Source: a virus | Direction: 5' to 3' (one strand) | DNA: 64,000 bases | IMG/VR virus record: IMGVR_UViG_3300032304_002264 | Location: 38,628 to 102,627 of that record | In this document: one piece after another, positions 56,186 to 64,000 of the stretch | Numbering within the stretch: the stretch's first letter is position 1 | How the letters are laid out: each line of letters opens with the position of its first letter | The notes under the pieces: generated by a model | Database searches by the model: none | What the model was told of the DNA's origin: nothing | What the model saw: only the letters and a program-made list of their open reading frames with translations | Made by a program: the position numbers and the translations under genes

Positions 56186-56281
56186 TTTGAAAATTTATCC
56201 GCTGACCAACCCAACCCGAATCCTGAGACTCAAGGGCAAAGTTAGCCTTCTGGCGAGCGGAATGTCGCCAAAGAATTTTTC

Positions 56282-56296
56282 TGTTTATCAAAGATC
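56282..56296 (-). promoter_or_regulatory. boxA-like antitermination element
   Basis: GATCTTTGATAAACA in the leader of the RNA array. Confidence 0.5.
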
Positions 56297-56366
56297 GAAA
56301 ACCCAAACCAAGCTCACTTTGGAGTTGGCCATCTTGCAGAGCATTGCTGCGCTGGTCGATGTGGGT

Positions 56367-56394
56367 AGTATGTAGTATTTTTGGAATTTGTCAA
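56367..56394 (-). promoter_or_regulatory. sigma70-type promoter of the tRNA array
   Basis: TTGACA-N16-CATACT. Confidence 0.65.
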
Positions 56395-56424
56395 CCTGTT
56401 TTTTGATAAATCTTTTCGGGCTAA

Positions 56425-56453
56425 CAAAAAACCCAGCTTTTTCAGGGCTGGGT
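56425..56453 (-). terminator. intrinsic terminator (attenuator 3:4 hairpin)
   Basis: ACCCAGC-cctgaaaaa-GCTGGGT-TTTTT. Confidence 0.8.
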
Positions 56454-56483
56454 CGAAAGGGAAACACGCTATTCGACCCAAGA

Positions 56484-56546
56484 CTACACCCCGCCCTCGC
56501 AATTCTGCGTGGATTTCGGGCTGAGTGATGTAATAAAATATCGCAT
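56484..56546 (-). CDS. putative leader peptide MRYFITSLSPKSTQNCEGGV
   Basis: GTGTAA 12 nt upstream; stop codon 3 nt before the antiterminator arm. Confidence 0.65.
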   Translation of the reverse strand: MRYFITSLSPKSTQNCEGGV

Positions 56547-56576
56547 TGTTAATTGTTCTTACACTAATTATAAAAA

Positions 56577-57152
56577 TTAAAAAACATTTTTCAAGAAATT
56601 GTTCCATTCAGGACGAATAACTGGAGCGTTCAACATTAACGCTGGAATCGGTGTCGGCTTGGGAACTTGCCCGTTTTTGTCATACCAAGGTGTTATATTG
56701 CTTTTTTCACGATTACATTTGATACAACAAAGCGCAAAATTTTCGTGTTCATTTTTTCCTCCTAAACTTTTCGGGTAAATATGGTCAATACTTAACTGTT
56801 TCAAAGGAAATTTCTCAAAACAATACTGGCAAGTGTATTCGCACAGCTTGGCAAGATCAAACAAAGTGAGCTTTTTCTTTTTCGGCTTTCTAAAGAATTT
56901 ACTGTTTACAACAATCACAGTAGGAATCGGCCATCCAGCGTGTGCGCTTCTTAGGAACGGCTGATCGTCATAATACGCTGCCAAACTGTTCCAAGTGTCG
57001 AGAGAATGAAAGACATTGCTATCCTTATCCAACGCTGAAATTCGACGCTTGTGCAAGTGGCTGAATGCTGCCCGTGCGGTGACAACTGTAATTGGTTGCC
57101 ATGCATTGTTTAAAAGCAAGGTCGTTTTAGTGTTTGCGGTTACTGCGTTCAT
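56577..57152 (-). CDS. HNH endonuclease (McrA-like)
   Basis: LLLNNAWQP, CQYC, SIDHIYPKSLGG, CCIKCNREK. Confidence 0.88.
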   Translation of the reverse strand: MNAVTANTKTTLLLNNAWQPITVVTARAAFSHLHKRRISALDKDSNVFHSLDTWNSLAAYYDDQPFLRSAHAGWPIPTVIVVNSKFFRKPKKKKLTLFDLAKLCEYTCQYCFEKFPLKQLSIDHIYPKSLGGKNEHENFALCCIKCNREKSNITPWYDKNGQVPKPTPIPALMLNAPVIRPEWNNFLKNVF

Positions 57153-57508
57153 TTTTCTACTTTTATTTTCATGAATAAAGGGTATCTCCTAATCTTCTGC
57201 ATCGCAACAGCTCTGCTTGAACAAAAAACATCAACAACAATAGCATCTGGACGGCCAAGTTTCTTTGCGGCGGTTCTTGCCACAACGCTCGGACCAGTAT
57301 CAGCAGCCTTAAAAGACTTGCCCATCTGAGGTATTACAACTTTCGAGCCATACGGAATAATCTTAGGATCAACCGCAATTGTTTTGCCGCAAATTGGTTT
57401 CGCGCCAGTAGAGGTGATAGTATCTCCCCAATAGTATGTTACTCTCGCTATCATTTCGCGAGCTTGGATGGGGGCTAGTAGGAGAAGTGTTAATAGTATT
57501 GCTTTCAT
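57149..57508 (-). CDS. secreted 3D-domain (MltA-like) protein
   Basis: signal peptide; TIAVDPKIIPYGS, ADTG, VDVF. Confidence 0.85.
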   Translation of the reverse strand: MKAILLTLLLLAPIQAREMIARVTYYWGDTITSTGAKPICGKTIAVDPKIIPYGSKVVIPQMGKSFKAADTGPSVVARTAAKKLGRPDAIVVDVFCSSRAVAMQKIRRYPLFMKIKVEK

Positions 57509-57701
57509 GTGCGTTACAATACACGCTTCTCCCGCTTAGTCAAGGAGATTGTGCCGAAATATGCAAAAAAAGACGAAAAGCGTCTGATTTTCAATCTTTC
57601 GGCACTAGCGAAAACCACCGTCTTTCTTGAGCTTTTCAAGAAAATAGTCTATCTCGCATATCCAATACGTGATCCATCCCAATACGAGTTGATATAATTC
57701 T

Positions 57702-57983
57702 TTAAACATAGATTTCTTTTGGTGCGATTTCTGCGATTTCTTCGCACAGTCGGCGGATTTCGTTCACTTGCATTTTCGGCGCAAATTCCTTTAGGCTGTG
57801 GACTTGTGAATAGTAATACACGTAGTCCGATTTTTGACGAATAAACTCGCCGCTCTTCTTGTCCCAAATGCAATCTGGATACAGTTCGTATCTAGTAGGA
57901 TCGAGAATTCTTTCTAAAGCATCATAGCTCGAAATACCAGTGACGTAATAGAAAATGTCTTCCTTGGCGATTTTTATTTCCAT
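57702..57983 (-). CDS. hypothetical protein, paralogue of 35604-35888
   Basis: aligned motif pattern over about 90 aa. Confidence 0.7.
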   Translation of the reverse strand: MEIKIAKEDIFYYVTGISSYDALERILDPTRYELYPDCIWDKKSGEFIRQKSDYVYYYSQVHSLKEFAPKMQVNEIRRLCEEIAEIAPKEIYV

Positions 57984-57984
57984 A

Positions 57985-58170
57985 TTAATAATCTTCGTTA
58001 GCTTCGAAAAATTCGAATACCTGTTGTTCGGTGAACGTTTCAAAAATAAGAATTGTTTTAAATGCGGTCTTCCAGTCGTTGAGAGTAGATCCCCAAGGTA
58101 TTGAAAGAGTAATATTACGATCATCACCGTTTGAAATAGTTATTTTTGTTGGATTGAATTGTTGTTGCAT
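57985..58170 (-). CDS. hypothetical protein
   Basis: ORF in a tightly packed operon. Confidence 0.55.
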   Translation of the reverse strand: MQQQFNPTKITISNGDDRNITLSIPWGSTLNDWKTAFKTILIFETFTEQQVFEFFEANEDY

Positions 58171-58171
58171 T

Positions 58172-58567
58172 TTATTTTTCGAGTAGGATTTTAATAATGT
58201 TTTCGGCGTTTTCTTGGATGGAGGGATATTCAAGCGTATTGAATTCTTTTCCATTACGAGCGATAAACCATTCCCAATCAGCTTTGGCTTGTTCGGAAAG
58301 TGGAATGGATTTTGGTCGAGCCTCGCTCGCCTTGCGAATTACGTCCATGATTTGATCCTCTTTGTCTCTAATGGCTGCTTGCAGTTCGGCCTTAGCTGGA
58401 TACACACAGCTTCTGATGCTTGTGCTGCCACTAGCCACCTTAACTAACCACCAGCCCTCTCTGAGTCCGTCGTAAGCCCAAGGATCATTATCCTGCACAT
58501 ACTTTTTGCCAACTTTCTTGTAGCGTATTTGATTTATTTTTTCGTAAATTCTTTCTTGTGCGTTCAT
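58172..58567 (-). CDS. hypothetical protein
   Basis: ORF in a tightly packed operon. Confidence 0.6.
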   Translation of the reverse strand: MNAQERIYEKINQIRYKKVGKKYVQDNDPWAYDGLREGWWLVKVASGSTSIRSCVYPAKAELQAAIRDKEDQIMDVIRKASEARPKSIPLSEQAKADWEWFIARNGKEFNTLEYPSIQENAENIIKILLEK

Positions 58568-58598
58568 TGGAATAGTTCGGTTAGGGTTTTTGTTAACT

Positions 58599-59111
58599 TC
58601 ATTGCGCGATATTAACTTCACATTTTCGTTTGTCAATCAAATATTCAATCACTTCGCGAGTTCCTTCGTGAAGATGCGGCACGTTATTTAAAATGTTTTT
58701 TAAATGATCCAGCGAACAGCCTTTCAAAAGAATATATTTGAGTTCGTCTTTACCCCAAGAGCCGCGAGTTCCCCAACAGAACGCTTCGCTCTTTTCTTCA
58801 ATAGAGTCAACATCTGGATATTCTTCTTTCGGCAAAATTCTAACGTCTTCGATATTCCAAACTCCGTATTTGCGGACTCCGTATTTGCGGGTTTCGTTGA
58901 ATTGATAGTCCTCAAATAATTCGGCGAATGTCTGCGGAACTTCGAACCATACTGTTTCACCTGCGCCTCTTGAGTAACCAGCAAAATGATTTGTATGAGG
59001 TTGTCCGCCATCGTGCATGATGTAATCCGCGCCTTCTCCTGCGCTAACGCAGTCGTAATGAGAAACAGAAGCGACTACTTGCTTTTGATTTGTTCGTCCT
59101 AAAAGTTTCAT
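58599..59111 (-). CDS. phage hypothetical protein
   Basis: SHYDC, HDGG, WGTRG..G motifs. Confidence 0.65.
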   Translation of the reverse strand: MKLLGRTNQKQVVASVSHYDCVSAGEGADYIMHDGGQPHTNHFAGYSRGAGETVWFEVPQTFAELFEDYQFNETRKYGVRKYGVWNIEDVRILPKEEYPDVDSIEEKSEAFCWGTRGSWGKDELKYILLKGCSLDHLKNILNNVPHLHEGTREVIEYLIDKRKCEVNIAQ

Positions 59112-59113
59112 TG
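59083..59113. repeat. 31-bp direct repeat, copy 1 (copy 2 at 59331-59361)
   Basis: ttttgatttgttcgtcctaaaagtttcattg is identical at both sites. Confidence 0.9.
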
Positions 59114-59323
59114 GTTTTCTTTTTCTTTCAAATCGTTTGCACGGCGCAATTCCTCAACCATTTCTCGCTGGTATTTCGCTTTTGTCGGTTCGGGGAACAT
59201 CCATTCTTCGGCTGCATATCCGCCTCCAGATACAAGAGCTAGGCTACCCCAGATGACAGCCGCGAGGATACAGCAAAAGATGATAGCAACCAAAAGTTCG
59301 ACCAGTGTAAATGCTTTTTTCAT
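59108..59323 (-). CDS. short prepilin-like protein
   Basis: MKKA/FTLVELLVAII class III signal followed by a hydrophobic helix. Confidence 0.75.
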   Translation of the reverse strand: MKKAFTLVELLVAIIFCCILAAVIWGSLALVSGGGYAAEEWMFPEPTKAKYQREMVEELRRANDLKEKENQ

Positions 59324-59355
59324 TATGGTTTTTTGATTTGTTCGTCCTAAAAGTT

Positions 59356-60000
59356 TCATTGTTTTGCTAGTGTGTATCCAAATTCGTTCATCTTTTCTTC
59401 GCTCAATGTTCTATACCATCCTTTTTTGAAGCATCGAACTCCTTTTTCTCCAGTTTCTTCGCAAATGGAAGTGGATAATGTTTCTGCGAAAATAACCATG
59501 CCGCGAATCGTTTCGTCGCCGCCGTCATAATAGAATCTAAGATCCACCTTCTGTTTAATCTGTCCGATAGCAACAGGGGGGACAGGAATCTTTCTGAATG
59601 CAGCTTTCGGCATAATGCTCCATTTGAAACGCTGAAAAGATTTAAGAAACGCGGTTCTTTTCGGGCAATCTTTTCTGATCTTATCAACGTCAGAAGATAG
59701 CCAAGACTTTTGAAGTTGCCAATCTACAGGATCAATTGAACGCTCGATGCTATTCAAAAGCTTGCTGATCTTCAAATTGTTCCAAATAAAACGATGAACG
59801 CCTAAACTAATTTTATTAGTGATTTCATTCTTACCGCCGTTTTTAACGTGCCAATCTATACTGCCGCACAACTTGTCAATCAAATCTTGCCATCCGACAG
59901 GGCAGCTAACTCCACAATCACTGTGTCGCGGTTTGCCGTCAGCATTTTTTGGGAAAAGGTTTGGATATTTTTCTATTAAATAATCTTCAAAGTCTTGCAT
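59356..60000 (-). CDS. phage hypothetical protein
   Basis: GW..LI..L, QIKQK..LRFYY, ICEETG..GW.RTL. Confidence 0.7.
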   Translation of the reverse strand: MQDFEDYLIEKYPNLFPKNADGKPRHSDCGVSCPVGWQDLIDKLCGSIDWHVKNGGKNEITNKISLGVHRFIWNNLKISKLLNSIERSIDPVDWQLQKSWLSSDVDKIRKDCPKRTAFLKSFQRFKWSIMPKAAFRKIPVPPVAIGQIKQKVDLRFYYDGGDETIRGMVIFAETLSTSICEETGEKGVRCFKKGWYRTLSEEKMNEFGYTLAKQ

Positions 60001-60052
60001 GGCACTAATATACAGAAAGCTTTAGATAAGTCAAGAAGTTTCTGCTGCGATT

Positions 60053-60709
60053 TTAATAACCCCAGCTTTTAATAGTATGCTCGAAAGGATTGCCGTCTAT
60101 ATTCTTAACCAATTCAAGCATTTCTTGCGCGATTTCTCGGATCTCTAATTGAGCGTGTTCGCTGTTTCTGAGTTTTAGGAAATTCGCAAACGAGCGCATA
60201 TTAAATGAAATGTCCGCTTGAATTTGAGAATTGTATGTTTTAAAGAAACGCGCAGATTCTTTTGCTCTTTTGCGGCCAAGAGTAGGCTCAAGGTCTTTTA
60301 AACATTGATGATACAACCGATTGCCTTCAATCGTATAGTCGATAAGAACCTGCGCCCAATTTTCATATGAACCTAATCCATGAACTGGTGATATTTCAAC
60401 ATCGTTCCAGTCTTCGGGAATATAATACTTATCTTCTTTTAGCTCTTTATATCGTGCGCTCTCAGCGTTCATGCTGCTGATTCTATGTTTTAACAAATGA
60501 ATATGACTAGCAATTTCACTGTTTACTAAGAAATGCACCATACCTTTTTCAAACGGAGTCTCATGTCCATCGCGCCAAAGCATATTGATTAACTTTGGAA
60601 TGCGCGATTTTTTGTCTTCGCTAAGATCTCTGGAGGTAGAGGTCCAAGCTGAACATGCTATTAGGGTGTCACTTCCGTAATATCCAAGTAATTCGACTTT
60701 GTTCTTCAT
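60053..60709 (-). CDS. thyX: flavin-dependent thymidylate synthase
   Basis: GHETPFE, KHRISSMNAESARY, NMRS, HAQLEIR. Confidence 0.92.
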   Translation of the reverse strand: MKNKVELLGYYGSDTLIACSAWTSTSRDLSEDKKSRIPKLINMLWRDGHETPFEKGMVHFLVNSEIASHIHLLKHRISSMNAESARYKELKEDKYYIPEDWNDVEISPVHGLGSYENWAQVLIDYTIEGNRLYHQCLKDLEPTLGRKRAKESARFFKTYNSQIQADISFNMRSFANFLKLRNSEHAQLEIREIAQEMLELVKNIDGNPFEHTIKSWGY

Positions 60710-60711
60710 TT

Positions 60712-60927
60712 TTATTTAATTTCTTTTAAGAATTCAATCATATCCAAAACATCCTTTCTGTCAAGATTAATATGTATCACATTCTTGCGGTCAAATAAAG
60801 CCTCCCAAGCCGCCTTCAATCTGGCGCGGAAACCATTTCGGCGCGATTCAAGGATAACCACCAGCCAATTCTCATCGAAAGATTTTAGCCAGAGGGTTTT
60901 GTTGTGTCTGTGGAAGTTTTTAGTCAT
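60712..60927 (-). CDS. hypothetical protein
   Basis: ORF in operon. Confidence 0.55.
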   Translation of the reverse strand: MTKNFHRHNKTLWLKSFDENWLVVILESRRNGFRARLKAAWEALFDRKNVIHINLDRKDVLDMIEFLKEIK

Positions 60928-60932
60928 TTTTT

Positions 60933-61334
60933 TTATTTTAAAAGTTCACTGTTTTCAAAGATGTTGCCAACTATTTCATACTCACGATCTTTATGAAGAT
61001 CTAGATAATCACCATACTTATCATCAAACAAATGTCTTCCGCTTGTGTCCAATACAAATGCAGAACTTGTTGGCGAAAATACAATTGGTGCTTTATAATC
61101 TATACCGTTATTGCTTGTGTAAGTTACTACATCACCTTCATAAATGTCAACGCCATTCTTATCTTTTAAGCCAGTATATTGTTGCACGACGCATTCCTTG
61201 CCACCAGATCCATTTTGAAGATTGTGAAATTCACCTTTCAATGAAAGAACATAATGTCCTTGGTATCCTTCATCGCATTTGATGAATTTTTCATCAAGCG
61301 TATCATACACTCTAAATTTTAGTTCTCTTTGCAT
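60933..61334 (-). CDS. YopX-family protein
   Basis: RELKFRVYD, QYTGLKDKNGVDIYEGDV, IVGNIFEN. Confidence 0.88.
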   Translation of the reverse strand: MQRELKFRVYDTLDEKFIKCDEGYQGHYVLSLKGEFHNLQNGSGGKECVVQQYTGLKDKNGVDIYEGDVVTYTSNNGIDYKAPIVFSPTSSAFVLDTSGRHLFDDKYGDYLDLHKDREYEIVGNIFENSELLK

Positions 61335-61508
61335 ATTATTGTTCTACGCTATGATATTTTACTGCTTTTGTTTGTAGGTTTCTGATAAAGTTTTCCGCTT
61401 CATGTTTGCTTGGCCGTTGGATACAGTTTTCCCACCACCAGAAAAGTTTAAATTGAACTGTAAATGTGCTGTCGCCATTGCCATCAATTGTTTCTTTTAT
61501 TCTAAATT

Positions 61509-61748
61509 TCATAATTCCTTGATCACTTCGTCTTTTAACTTATATGAAAGTGTTGCAATTTTAACAGCATCTTCCGCTTCCTCCACAGATTTAAATTTCA
61601 CATAATCCATATACGCAGTTGTTATCGCAAATCTCAACCTACATAATACGTCATGTTTAGGAACACCCCACCTCAATATCTTTTTCTGTTGAACTATATA
61701 GTATGAGGTGTTGTCCGTGTAATATCTTTTGACTATTCTAAATTTCAT
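61509..61748 (-). CDS. hypothetical protein
   Basis: KFRIVK..YIVQQK..W pattern. Confidence 0.6.
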   Translation of the reverse strand: MKFRIVKRYYTDNTSYYIVQQKKILRWGVPKHDVLCRLRFAITTAYMDYVKFKSVEEAEDAVKIATLSYKLKDEVIKEL

Positions 61749-61959
61749 ATTTGTCCATCAATTTATCATATTCGTTCTTATAGTCAAGAATCATTTCTCT
61801 TGCACCCGCAGAACAATCCATACTGTTCATCCAAAGCACCACAGCTTCCGCCACGCTATAACAGCCTGAGCCGAAAAACATGCGTATCATTTTTTGCTGA
61901 TGTTCTGGCAGTAGATCAAATCTTTCGTCAAAAACGGCGTTGTGATATTCTTTTTTCAT
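61738..61959 (-). CDS. hypothetical protein
   Basis: coupled ORF. Confidence 0.55.
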   Translation of the reverse strand: MKKEYHNAVFDERFDLLPEHQQKMIRMFFGSGCYSVAEAVVLWMNSMDCSAGAREMILDYKNEYDKLMDKYEI

Positions 61960-62165
61960 AACTCAAATTTTGGAAATTCTGTCCAATGTGTCACTTGCTC
62001 AAAATCATATCCACATGTTTGGCCGTAATAAGGTTCTGAAAAAGATTTATTCTGTTTGAAAAACGTGGTTTCGTTTACTCCATGAAGATGTTTACAAATT
62101 ACGTTTTGCCCGTCGTCTGGTAATTTCTCATCTACCGAATACCATTTATATTTTATCGTTTTCAT
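61956..62165 (-). CDS. DUF551-like protein
   Basis: WYSVDEKLP...VTHW...P. Confidence 0.75.
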   Translation of the reverse strand: MKTIKYKWYSVDEKLPDDGQNVICKHLHGVNETTFFKQNKSFSEPYYGQTCGYDFEQVTHWTEFPKFEL

Positions 62166-62304
62166 AATTTAGCTTTCGCGTCTCTGATTAACCTGTTGAT
62201 TGTTTCCCCAAGGTCAACCCTGCTATATTCGGGCTTTGTGATGCATGTATGGCACATGTTTTCAATCACCTTGAGCAAGTCTTCGTAAATCTGTATTTTG
62301 TCAT

Positions 62305-62568
62305 TCATCTGACCCAAATCGCCGTTACTTTTTTATCTTCTACCGTAAAGAAGAATGTCCTGCCCCAACCATTGTTGTCCTTGTAAATATACTTTTCGTA
62401 GGTTGAATTGGCTTCCGCCAAAAGCACATGTTGTTTGTTTGGGTTTGACCAAATATCCCCAACGCGAATCTCTTCAATCGCGTCAATCAGCAGCCTTGGT
62501 TCTGGTTTCTTTTCTCCGCAGCTTTGCAGGGAAAAAAGACAAATAATTGCGAGTATAGTTTGTTTCAT
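62305..62568 (-). CDS. putative lipoprotein
   Basis: MKQTILAIICLFSLQSC lipobox. Confidence 0.65.
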   Translation of the reverse strand: MKQTILAIICLFSLQSCGEKKPEPRLLIDAIEEIRVGDIWSNPNKQHVLLAEANSTYEKYIYKDNNGWGRTFFFTVEDKKVTAIWVR

Positions 62569-62708
62569 GTTTTTGTTTTTAGATAATTTTCGGCCATTTC
62601 TTTTGATGGGAATGATACGACGGTATAAAAGCCGCCCAACCAGTTTTTTCTTTGAACGTTGAAGACTTCTGTTCCATCCCCTAATTTCATAACATCTATC
62701 CTATACAT
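62565..62708 (-). CDS. small hypothetical protein
   Basis: coupled ORF. Confidence 0.5.
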   Translation of the reverse strand: MYRIDVMKLGDGTEVFNVQRKNWLGGFYTVVSFPSKEMAENYLKTKT

Positions 62709-62710
62709 AT

Positions 62711-62989
62711 TTAAAATTCGTAATAAGTTGTTACTTGATTGTCGCCGCAATGAAAGCAAGTCTCGGAATAATGAGTGTCCTTAATTTCAAGCAATTCCAC
62801 CAAATCATTGATGCATATTTCGTTGTCGTCAAACCTGCGGCGAATTTCCGCAAACAAATCATTATGAAACTGCTCGCGCTGTTCTGCGGATAGTTCATAT
62901 CGCTTGTCTTCACAAGAATAGGATTTGCCGTTGACTTCCAAATATCCACTTGCTGTGCATCCGTTGGATATGTTTAGTTTGTATTTCAT
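62711..62989 (-). CDS. hypothetical protein with CxxC
   Basis: ORF with CFHCG. Confidence 0.6.
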   Translation of the reverse strand: MKYKLNISNGCTASGYLEVNGKSYSCEDKRYELSAEQREQFHNDLFAEIRRRFDDNEICINDLVELLEIKDTHYSETCFHCGDNQVTTYYEF

Positions 62990-63309
62990 TTTTGTTTTTC
63001 AAAAAGTTTAAATTGTTGATCTACAATAGCTTCTTTGATTTTTTTGGCATAGTGCGCTGGATCAAATTCAACAAACCCAACATCATTGTAACCACCACAA
63101 CTCATAAAACATGCAATATCTCTGAGCGCGTTCTCTGCCGCCTCTCGTTTTCCTAGCAGAACAGCGACTTCCTGTTCAGAATCGTGCAGAATTTGTCTGC
63201 TCACCATGCCACAAATGGAATATTTTGTATGCCCAAGTTCAGTCATGATCTTCTGAGCTTTTTCAACGTGTTCCATTGCTTCAATTAGTTTTGGTTCAAT
63301 TTGATTCAT
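62986..63309 (-). CDS. hypothetical protein
   Basis: coupled ORF. Confidence 0.55.
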   Translation of the reverse strand: MNQIEPKLIEAMEHVEKAQKIMTELGHTKYSICGMVSRQILHDSEQEVAVLLGKREAAENALRDIACFMSCGGYNDVGFVEFDPAHYAKKIKEAIVDQQFKLFEKQK

Positions 63310-63746
63310 ACGTTTGGGGTTAGGGATTGGAGGGCTTGTTCGGCATTTTCGGCGTCCAGTAATTCTTCGTCTCGTTGCTTATCCTGAACACAATCACCTG
63401 CGATTTGTCGGAAGTGTTTCATGACGCGGTCTAAAGCCTCCGCCAGCCTGTCGCGCTGTGCGGTGACGGTGGCGAGTTCACGCTCTAGTTCTTCGCTTAC
63501 ATATCGAGGAACCCAAGTGTCGGCAATTTCTTGGAGCGTTGGCTCAACCTGTTTTGGTCGCCTGTCAAAGACAACTCCATCGGAGGTTTCCCGATAGATT
63601 TCATTGCCATACGCATCGTATTCACTTTTGCTCCATTTGCTCCAAAGACCAATGGAGTCTTCGTAATAAATTTCATTGCCATATTTATCTTTAATGAAGA
63701 ATGGAAAGTCTTTGATTTTTAATTGTTGTGCGATTGTCGTTTTCAT
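63306..63746 (-). CDS. GNEIYYE-repeat protein with coiled-coil tail
   Basis: repeats of WSKSEYDAxGNEIY. Confidence 0.7.
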   Translation of the reverse strand: MKTTIAQQLKIKDFPFFIKDKYGNEIYYEDSIGLWSKWSKSEYDAYGNEIYRETSDGVVFDRRPKQVEPTLQEIADTWVPRYVSEELERELATVTAQRDRLAEALDRVMKHFRQIAGDCVQDKQRDEELLDAENAEQALQSLTPNV

Positions 63747-63747
63747 A

Positions 63748-64000
63748 TTAGTCTTTGATTCGGAGTTGTGTTACGTTAATGCCCATCTTATCTGCGATTT
63801 CTTGGAGTGTTACTTCCACCACTTTTGGTCGATTATCAATGATGTGTCCCTTGGAGGTTTCGTAATAAATTTCTTTGCCTTGAGCATCATATTCTCTTTT
63901 ACTCCAAAAACCAGTGGAGTTTTCGTAATAAATTTCATTGCCATGCGCGTCATATTCACTTTTGCTCCAAAAATTATTGGAGTCTTCCCAATAGATTTCA
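63748..64000 (-). CDS. GNEIYYE-repeat protein paralogue (5' truncated by the window)
   Basis: FWSKSEYDAHGNEIYYENS...RPKVVEVTLQEIADK. Confidence 0.7.
   Translation of the reverse strand, partial: EIYWEDSNNFWSKSEYDAHGNEIYYENSTGFWSKREYDAQGKEIYYETSKGHIIDNRPKVVEVTLQEIADKMGINVTQLRIKD

Noticed and set aside
51515-56607. Short ORF-track calls across the array (e.g. 51522-51748, 54018-54654, 56100-56607)
   Set aside because: They overlap tRNAs or structured RNAs and have no recognisable protein features.
1-64000. Stop-codon reassignment
   Set aside because: Long genes are intact in code 11, TAG/TGA/TAA all end genes, and no CUA, UCA or UUA suppressor anticodon was found.

Overview
A 64-kb segment of a large tailed dsDNA phage genome in the standard genetic code. 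A PVC/Verrucomicrobia-like host is only weakly suggested, by a prepilin-type gene. Left to right it contains: (i) the end of a GDP-mannose dehydratase gene and a bacterial-type replication module (RecA, DnaB, DnaG, a RecB-like nuclease, and DNA polymerase III alpha split into PHP, DnaQ-exonuclease and core genes) plus a ClpA/B-type ATPase; (ii) a tail fibre, a lambda-like L-K-I-J tail-tip module, amidase and holin, three tandem BspA-type LRR genes, and several glycosyl-, sulfo-, methyl- and acetyltransferases; (iii) a 7-kb minus-strand RNA array (about 49.5-56.3 kb) with about 27 tRNAs covering all 20 amino acids, about 13 non-tRNA or aberrant tRNA-like structured RNAs, and three endonuclease genes; (iv) small accessory genes including thyX. 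The most notable observations are these. A 20-codon leader ORF with no repeated codon, followed by overlapping antiterminator and terminator hairpins, sits directly upstream of the tRNA array and is a candidate general tRNA-depletion attenuator. One array RNA reproduces the 23S rRNA L11-binding GTPase-associated centre with compensatory changes. A complete tRNA-Leu is embedded in frame inside an HNH gene. Two circularly permuted, Y-RNA-like tRNA mimics occur in tandem. A GTGTAA motif precedes 15 start codons, and two accessory cassettes are flanked by roughly 30-bp direct repeats. All calls were made by eye, with no database searches or folding computations.
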